Source: a virus
IMG/VR virus record: IMGVR_UViG_3300045988_116821
Reading direction: 5' to 3' (one strand)
Length of the DNA: 42,713 nt
The notes beneath the pieces were generated by a model, which was not told the origin of the DNA, did no database searches, and was given only the letters and a program-made list of their open reading frames with translations. How positions within the stretch are numbered: position 1 is the stretch's first letter; every line of letters starts with the position of its first letter. The translations under genes were made by a program, and so were the position numbers. Shown piece by piece: positions 8,112 through 13,191 of this stretch.

Positions 8112-8240
8112 CTACTGATTCTTCTTTTTATCTGGTTCCGGTCCAGGACCTACCCAGAATCTAAAGGCTTTTTTACCATGATCCTTGGCATAATCTTTCG
8201 TGCCATCTTTCCTGGTAATCCACGTTCTAAAAATCCACAT
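8112..8240 (-). CDS. Micro-ORF, 42-aa peptide (MWIFRTWITRKDGTKDYAKDHGKKAFRFWVGPGPEPDKKKNQ)
   Basis: Found by hand; strong SD AAAGGAGGGG 6 nt upstream of ATG 8240. Confidence 0.6.
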   Translation of the reverse strand: MWIFRTWITRKDGTKDYAKDHGKKAFRFWVGPGPEPDKKKNQ

Positions 8241-8268
8241 GAATATCCCCTCCTTTCGCAAGTAACTC

Positions 8269-8297
8269 TTGCAAAAGGATAAATACAGTGTTACAAT
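8269..8297 (+). promoter_or_regulatory. Plus-strand promoter TTGCAA-N17-TGtTACAAT (extended -10)
   Basis: -35 at 8269..8274, TG at 8289..8290, -10 at 8292..8297. Confidence 0.6.
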
Positions 8298-8322
8298 TCA
8301 ATTGTCGAGAGAGAATTGTAAC
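8290..8322. promoter_or_regulatory. Perfect 10-bp inverted repeat GTTACAATTC-N13-GAATTGTAAC (operator candidate); adjacent palindrome CAGTTGAACAACTG at 8323..8336
   Basis: Arms at 8290..8299 and 8313..8322 span the -10 and the predicted +1 of the plus-strand promoter. Confidence 0.7.
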
Positions 8323-8394
8323 CAGTTGAACAACTGCATTTACATTTTTCGCAAGAGCCAAGCATCTCCATATAAATGGGTGCTTGGTTTTTTG
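8304..8394 (+). ncRNA. Predicted ~90-nt small RNA (promoter to terminator unit) in a minus-strand gene block
   Basis: Start inferred ~7 nt after the -10. Terminator CCAAGCA..TGCTTGG (8358..8387, extra inner CCA/TGG pairs) followed by TTTTTTGTTT. No SD-preceded ORF inside. Confidence 0.5.
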
Positions 8395-8430
8395 TTTATG
8401 TATAAAGCCTTTTGACTTATACACCTTTAC

Positions 8431-8985
8431 TTAACATTCAGCCTTAAATAACTCAAGTATTTTCTTTTCGTAATCTGTATAATAACTTCCGCTATTATAC
8501 AGCCAACTTCGATAATACCAATAAGCATTTTTCGCTGCCTGATTACTTAGATCAAAAACGTTTCTTATCGAATCTGGAGTGATATGTTCTATGAAAGTAT
8601 GAATCAACGGCGGCGGCGCAAGTGCATATTTAGCAAAAAATTTTGCCTCCGATTCTTCCTCTTCTCCATCTTTGATATGGCCCATTGCGTAATGACCAAT
8701 TTCGTGCATTATGGTCTGATTGATTCTTCCATAACTTTCGCAAGCATCGTTATAAAAAATCATCCACTCTTGGCTACGAGAACTGCCTATTGAAAATCCA
8801 TCTTTACTTTCACGCATTGCTGCACTTCTCTTTTCCTCACTCAATGCCGAGTACGGAATAACTTTGATTCCCATTTTTGTAGCCATTTCAAATGCACTAA
8901 TTGGAATGCATCTGATTCCATACACAGAAAAGGTATCTATCACTGTCCTCTTAATCTCTTCATACTGCTCATCTTCCAGACGCAT
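8431..8985 (-). CDS. ImmA/IrrE-type (M78, COG2856) zinc metallopeptidase
   Basis: HEIGHYAMGH (HExxH) motif; directly downstream of an XRE gene. Confidence 0.8.
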   Translation of the reverse strand: MRLEDEQYEEIKRTVIDTFSVYGIRCIPISAFEMATKMGIKVIPYSALSEEKRSAAMRESKDGFSIGSSRSQEWMIFYNDACESYGRINQTIMHEIGHYAMGHIKDGEEEESEAKFFAKYALAPPPLIHTFIEHITPDSIRNVFDLSNQAAKNAYWYYRSWLYNSGSYYTDYEKKILELFKAEC

Positions 8986-9000
8986 ATGTTCTCCTGCTTG

Positions 9001-9312
9001 TTACATTAAAAGATTGATAAGTTCCATTTTTTGCTCTTTACTCATTTTTGAAGCATTTCGTGCTAAAATCACTCGTGCATCATCAAACTCTTTCTGTAAG
9101 CCACCTGTATTATCTTGGCCCAATAAATAATCCGTTGATGTATCAAGTGCTTTCGCAATTTTAATCAGAGTGGCGCCTCTCGGTATGCGATCTCCCTTTA
9201 AGTAATGGGAAATGGCAGATTCTGTCACTCCTGATAAAAATGCCAGATCCTTTTGCGTCATTTTACGGTCAGAAATTATTTCTGCCATACGCTCTGCTAT
9301 GTCCCTTGCCAT
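9001..9312 (-). CDS. XRE-family HTH regulator (103 aa)
   Basis: MTQKDLAFLSGVTESAISHYLKGDRIPRGATLIKIAKAL helix-turn-helix; SD AAGGAGGAAG. Confidence 0.85.
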   Translation of the reverse strand: MARDIAERMAEIISDRKMTQKDLAFLSGVTESAISHYLKGDRIPRGATLIKIAKALDTSTDYLLGQDNTGGLQKEFDDARVILARNASKMSKEQKMELINLLM

Positions 9313-9329
9313 TTTGTCTTCCTCCTTAT

Positions 9330-9345
9330 TAGCAATCGATTGCTA
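9330..9345. promoter_or_regulatory. Perfect 16-bp palindrome TAGCAATCGATTGCTA (operator candidate at +1 of the XRE promoter)
   Basis: Lies between the -10 and the SD of gene 9001..9312. Confidence 0.75.
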
Positions 9346-9352
9346 CATCCAT

Positions 9353-9381
9353 ACTATATCATTCAATTATCACTTTGTCAA
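9353..9381 (-). promoter_or_regulatory. Promoter TTGACA-N17-TGaTATAGT for the XRE-M78 unit
   Basis: Minus-strand -35 at 9376..9381, -10 at 9353..9358, TGn extended -10. Confidence 0.7.
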
Positions 9382-9422
9382 GTTATTATATTTTTCGTCG
9401 CATTTATTGTCATTTTTTATAT

Positions 9423-9452
9423 AAAAAAAGCACCCGCTGCCAGATGCTTTCT
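9423..9452 (-). terminator. Intrinsic terminator downstream of the tRNA-like gene
   Basis: Minus strand AAGCATC-loop-GGGTGCTT followed by a T-run. Confidence 0.7.
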
Positions 9453-9494
9453 TGTGATGATTGGAATATTATATATGCAGGTGTGTACACCTGA

Positions 9495-9581
9495 TCGGAA
9501 CGGATGGATTCGAACCATCGCCATCGACTTCATCAGTCAATTTCTGGTTACACAGTTGCTCTGCCACTAAGCTACGTTCCA
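9495..9581 (-). tRNA. tRNA-like gene (~87 nt) with canonical acceptor, D and T arms and an extra arm, but no canonical anticodon stem; isotype not assignable
   Basis: Acceptor TGGAACG/CGTTCCG; TA; D arm GCTT-AGTGGCA-GAGC; T arm GATGG-TTCGAAT-CCATC; 6-bp arm TTGACT-GATGA-AGTCGA. The 17 nt at the anticodon-arm position (ACTGTGTAACCAGAAAT) do not form a 5-bp stem. Confidence 0.5.
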
Positions 9582-9687
9582 TTACAGGGTGGTCGGCCCT
9601 GTCAGTCAATATCTGAAAGCCGCCGGCCTTTATGCCTTTGGCTTCTATTGTATTCTATAACGATATTTCCGATATAAACGATATTTT

Positions 9688-10104
9688 TTACTTAATCTCA
9701 CATTTTTTCAAATATGTATCTCTGATATAGAGCCTTGGATAATCCGGGCTCTGGGAATATCCTGTCTTTTCTGCTATCTTCTCCCAGGTCATTCCCTGCT
9801 GGTAAAATGCCTTGAACACATATCTTGTCTGGCCATCTTCAATGCTCTGGATCCATCGTTCCACTGCTGCCGCCTGTGCCATTTTATGATCGTATGTGTG
9901 CTTTCTCCGGTCATATCGTGCTTGGTCGAATCCAACTACACTCTGTGGTCGCGCAAAGCCGGTGGTGTAGTCAAATATCGTACTGTTTCCAAGACCAGCC
10001 TCCCCCTGTTTCATTTCAGCCAGTTCCATGCTGAGGACCGGTATTTCCCTCTTTAACTTTCTGTAGTTATCCAGAAGCTTCCTGGTGATCTTGATCTCGC
10101 CCAC
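9688..10104 (-). CDS. Sigma-like / RinA-ArpU-type late transcriptional regulator candidate (DUF1492-like)
   Basis: GTG start with SD AAAGGGGAGG; N-terminal KLLDNYRKLKREIPVL... and C-terminal HTH-like YQQGMTWEKIAEKTGYSQS. Confidence 0.5.
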   Translation of the reverse strand: MGEIKITRKLLDNYRKLKREIPVLSMELAEMKQGEAGLGNSTIFDYTTGFARPQSVVGFDQARYDRRKHTYDHKMAQAAAVERWIQSIEDGQTRYVFKAFYQQGMTWEKIAEKTGYSQSPDYPRLYIRDTYLKKCEIK

Positions 10105-10171
10105 TGGTATCCTCCCCTTTCGATGCTTTTAGCCGGGAACGTGTATGCTCCCGGCTTTCTCTGCATTTCTT

Positions 10172-11095
10172 TTATTTATCCGCGATCACGGCATCGGCTC
10201 CCTGGACTGTAACCCAGCCGTTTTTGTAGTGAGCTTCTGCCTCCTTCATTTTGATCAATTCATCTGTAATGGATGCACTGAGTTCTTTATTAGCCTCTGC
10301 CTGTGCTTTTGCCTTGGTTTTTGTGTTTTCTGCTTCAGCTGCTGCTTTAACCTTAGCTTTCTTTGCGTCTGCCTTTGCCTTAGTCAGTTCGATCTGGGCA
10401 TCTGCTTCAGCCTGGAGTTTTTCTGTTTCTTTCTGGACTTTAACCTTTTCCTGCTCTGCCTGAGCCTGTTGTTTCTCTTGCAAGGCTGTCACTCTATTAT
10501 CAATGGCCTGCTTCAGCTTTTTATCCGGATGCACATCTACGATGGAAGCATCCAGGACTTCAATGCCGTATTTTTTATGAAAATCTTTGTTAAGATATTC
10601 CGTGATAGCGTTATTCAGCTCGGATCTGTTTCCGGAATAGATGTCCATCATTGAATAATCGGTTGTAACCTCAGAAATCTTTGACTTCAAAACAGTTTTG
10701 ACACGGTTTTCGATAATATCTTCCCCGTCCATTCCCTTGAAACGTTTGTATGTATCAATCACTGTATCCGGATCGTATCGGTAACTCATCTGGAAAGATA
10801 CTGCAATGCTGGCATCGTCTGATGTGGCCACTTTAAAAGAATCATCCTCTTTACTGCCGTCCCTTTTGTCCTTTGTGAGAACAAGGATCTCGTTGCTGGT
10901 ACTGAATTCCTTTACTTTGTTCATCGGTGCGATAAAATGCATTCCCGGGGTGAGTACTGTGTCCTGTACTCCATCTTTATAGTTGTAGACGATACCAACT
11001 TTACCTGTGCCGATAAAATCCATTCTTGATACAGTGTATCCTCCGCCAAGAACTGCTACTGCTGCCACGGTTCCGATAATAATCTTACTTTTCAT
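10172..11095 (-). CDS. SPFH/Band-7 (prohibitin/HflC-like) membrane protein with a C-terminal Ala/Lys/Glu coiled coil
   Basis: N-terminal TM (IIIGTVAAVAVLGGG), SPFH-type core, long AEAxxK coiled coil. Confidence 0.75.
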   Translation of the reverse strand: MKSKIIIGTVAAVAVLGGGYTVSRMDFIGTGKVGIVYNYKDGVQDTVLTPGMHFIAPMNKVKEFSTSNEILVLTKDKRDGSKEDDSFKVATSDDASIAVSFQMSYRYDPDTVIDTYKRFKGMDGEDIIENRVKTVLKSKISEVTTDYSMMDIYSGNRSELNNAITEYLNKDFHKKYGIEVLDASIVDVHPDKKLKQAIDNRVTALQEKQQAQAEQEKVKVQKETEKLQAEADAQIELTKAKADAKKAKVKAAAEAENTKTKAKAQAEANKELSASITDELIKMKEAEAHYKNGWVTVQGADAVIADK

Positions 11096-11291
11096 TTTTG
11101 TTCTCCTTTTCTTTGATAGCTTCTTTTACTTTGTTGTATGTTTCATCTTCAATCTCAAACTTCTTCTGCTGCCGCCTAATTGACAGGATCACTCTGCTTC
11201 CTATCCAGATCAGTACCAGGGCTGCGGCTCCGAACACCATGCCGGAACCAAGAAATATTACCCACATTGTTCTCATCTCCTCTGCGGCCAT
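11085..11291 (-). CDS. Small single-pass membrane protein, start overlapping the SPFH gene
   Basis: TM WVIFLGSGMVFGAAALVLIWIG then a charged tail. Start ambiguous (11291, 11276 or 11267). Confidence 0.55.
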   Translation of the reverse strand: MAAEEMRTMWVIFLGSGMVFGAAALVLIWIGSRVILSIRRQQKKFEIEDETYNKVKEAIKEKENKNEK

Positions 11292-11461
11292 TCTTTTCCT
11301 GTTTTCTTTTCTCTTATCACTGCCACCTCTAATCCTAAACGACCAGCTATATTGTTGAGTAAGCAATAGTCGTTATAGACGTGTGTCGGCATCCGGCTGG
11401 CCCTCCGGATTGCTTCTCCTTCTGTTGGTGCTGGGTAACCTTCGTTGTTTTTATAACTCAT
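11273..11461 (-). CDS. Hypothetical protein (62 aa)
   Basis: ORF packed in an operon, start overlaps the upstream stop. Confidence 0.55.
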   Translation of the reverse strand: MSYKNNEGYPAPTEGEAIRRASRMPTHVYNDYCLLNNIAGRLGLEVAVIREKKTGKEWPQRR

Positions 11462-11789
11462 TGTTGTTCACCTCCTCCCAGTCAAGTGCTTGACCGCATT
11501 TATGGCAATAATTACTATTTCGATAAATATTTTCTTCTCCACATATAGGACATGTGCCTATGCACGTGTAATATCTTCCTGAAAAATCATTAACCGACCT
11601 CATATCCTTCATTTTTATAGGAATCTGCTTTTCCAACGCTTCAATAGCTGTATCATATGTCTGAGTTCTCTTTTTCTGTTGTATGGCAACAATTTTTCTA
11701 AGTGCTTTCGTGGTACCAAGCTGTTCCATAACACCTGCAGAAATATTTTTTTCAAATTTCAACTCTTTTATTGCTTCTTTTTTATCCAC
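11451..11789 (-). CDS. Zinc-ribbon protein (112 aa)
   Basis: GTG 11789 with SD GGAGGAAAAAC; C-terminal CPICGEEN...CHKCG. Confidence 0.6.
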   Translation of the reverse strand: MDKKEAIKELKFEKNISAGVMEQLGTTKALRKIVAIQQKKRTQTYDTAIEALEKQIPIKMKDMRSVNDFSGRYYTCIGTCPICGEENIYRNSNYCHKCGQALDWEEVNNNEL

Positions 11790-12210
11790 GTTTTTCCTCC
11801 ATTTCACTGAGTCTTTCCTCTGCATCTTCACGTCTGGCAAATACAATCTGCTTGACCTTGCCGGCTTTTATGTAATGCAGTGTGTTTCCTGTCAAAAACG
11901 GATAGTGTATCTCCTGCCAGTCTTCCGGAAGAAGATTTGATGTACCTGGACAGTGTTGATACAAGATGCAGTTGCTGCAGGTTCCATCTTCACTGGCCGG
12001 CTGGCTTTTACATCCCTGTATCAACGTGTTATATGCTGACAGCATCAGCTCTGGTGTGATGTCCATCTTCTTCTCATGTCGTTTCATTCTGACCTTCTTT
12101 CCTGCTGCCAAGTGATGCTCGCAGGAATCTTCGTCTTCTACAAGGATTCCTCTGTGATCGCAAAGGCCATCATCGTTGTTGATGCAGGTTTTACATGTGT
12201 TCTCCATCAT
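11782..12210 (-). CDS. Cys-rich hypothetical protein (142 aa)
   Basis: ATG 12210 with SD AAAGGAGAAA; CKTCINNDDGLCDHRG...CEHH pattern. Confidence 0.6.
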   Translation of the reverse strand: MMENTCKTCINNDDGLCDHRGILVEDEDSCEHHLAAGKKVRMKRHEKKMDITPELMLSAYNTLIQGCKSQPASEDGTCSNCILYQHCPGTSNLLPEDWQEIHYPFLTGNTLHYIKAGKVKQIVFARREDAEERLSEMEEKRG

Positions 12211-12431
12211 TTTCTCCTTTCTGCCATGATCCGGTTGAAATTCTCTACGTTTCTGGTGTTTATCCGGTATTTCACTCTGTCTGGGATTTTCTCTGTGCAA
12301 ATGCGTTTGTATGTTACTGCTCCGATACCAGTGTAATATTGGAATACCCACGTCTGGAAATTGTGTGGGAGCTTTACAAGCCGGTATCCACATTTTCTGT
12401 TGAACAGTTTCTTTTTCTGCCTCCTATCCAT
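12207..12431 (-). CDS. Hypothetical protein (74 aa)
   Basis: ATG 12431 with SD GGGAGGGGAG; overlaps the tail of the upstream ORF. Confidence 0.5.
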   Translation of the reverse strand: MDRRQKKKLFNRKCGYRLVKLPHNFQTWVFQYYTGIGAVTYKRICTEKIPDRVKYRINTRNVENFNRIMAERRK

Positions 12432-12697
12432 TCTCCCCTCCCTGCTGCCCTCAGCATCCACTTCCGGTACCTGTCCCATTCTGCCAGGAGTTCAACATCT
12501 AAAACCTTGCTCAATTTGATATCCTCCGGAATGATCCGGTATTTCTTGTTCACAAGAGCAAAATTTGCTGCTGCCTGGGCTACGTTGTTCTTTGTGCAGC
12601 CAGTCTTTTCTGTGACCTGTTTAGCCGTCAGAAGATTCTCAAACACTTGCTTCCCGTTCTGGTCTACTACCTTATACAGGTTCATCCTCTTTCTCAT
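12374..12697 (-). CDS. HTH-like small protein (107 aa)
   Basis: ATG 12697 with SD GGAGGAAG; LTAKQVTEKTGCTKNNVAQAA segment. Confidence 0.55.
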   Translation of the reverse strand: MRKRMNLYKVVDQNGKQVFENLLTAKQVTEKTGCTKNNVAQAAANFALVNKKYRIIPEDIKLSKVLDVELLAEWDRYRKWMLRAAGRGEWIGGRKRNCSTENVDTGL

Positions 12698-13079
12698 TTT
12701 CTTCCTCCAGGCAGTTTTCTCCGAATATTCGCATAAAATCTTCTCTACTGCCGATTTTCTCTTCAAACGCTTTCTGTGCAATCCGCTTTAGTACATCGTT
12801 AACTTCCCGGTACTTATGAGCAGATATCCTGCCTTCTTTATGATGTTCTAGACACAGATGAACCGTAAGGCCACACCAGTCTGAATTATCTCTGTTTCTA
12901 CTTCCGAAGAAAATATGATGATTTTCTATGTTTATATGACTTCCGCATATATAACATCTATCTTTTCTATCTCCAGGAATAATACTTTCCCTCTGTCTTT
13001 TACATGGATATTTCCAAGCTTTTGACCTCTTTCTTTTTTTCTTTCCCTGTTTTGGGAATTTCAAGTTATCGTAATTCAT
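12672..13079 (-). CDS. HNH/NinG-like Cys-His protein
   Basis: CYICGS...ENHHIFFGSRNR...LCLEHH pattern. Start ATG 13079 preferred over the track start GTG 13103. Confidence 0.5.
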   Translation of the reverse strand: MNYDNLKFPKQGKKKRKRSKAWKYPCKRQRESIIPGDRKDRCYICGSHINIENHHIFFGSRNRDNSDWCGLTVHLCLEHHKEGRISAHKYREVNDVLKRIAQKAFEEKIGSREDFMRIFGENCLEEENEKEDEPV

Positions 13080-13086
13080 TTTCCGT

Positions 13087-13104
13087 GTGTCCGAATCGGA
13101 CACC
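13087..13104. repeat. GTGTCC-N5-GGACAC palindrome, copy 1 (parS-like candidate)
   Basis: GTGTCCGAATCGGACACC; 88 nt downstream of the parB-like stop, between an SD and the next ATG. Confidence 0.85.
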
Positions 13105-13113
13105 CTCCTTTCC

Positions 13114-13146
13114 CCTGCCGCATTTCTGACAGGCTCGTGCGGCAGG
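13114..13146. other. 9-bp GC-rich hairpin CCTGCCGCA-N15-TGCGGCAGG
   Basis: Perfect arms at 13114..13122 and 13138..13146; no T-run on either strand. Confidence 0.7.
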
Positions 13147-13191
13147 ACTGATGGGTTTATATGTTAAGCGGTTTTTCGAAAACACCCTTGT

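Noticed and set aside
8227-8424. 65-aa minus-strand track ORF
   Set aside because: No SD. It spans the predicted promoter, operator and terminator of the sRNA unit, and its start overlaps the terminator hairpin. The SD-preceded 42-aa micro-ORF downstream is the better coding call.
9495-9581. Calling a standard tRNA with a defined anticodon, or a tRNA-derived attP
   Set aside because: No 5-bp anticodon stem with a U33-containing 7-nt loop can be drawn. The recombinase is a serine type located 15 kb away, so a tRNA-3'-end attP is not supported.
10145-10654. 169-aa plus-strand ORF (Cys/Phe/Leu-rich)
   Set aside because: Entirely antisense to the well-supported SPFH gene, with no SD and low-complexity composition typical of a shadow frame of a coiled-coil gene.
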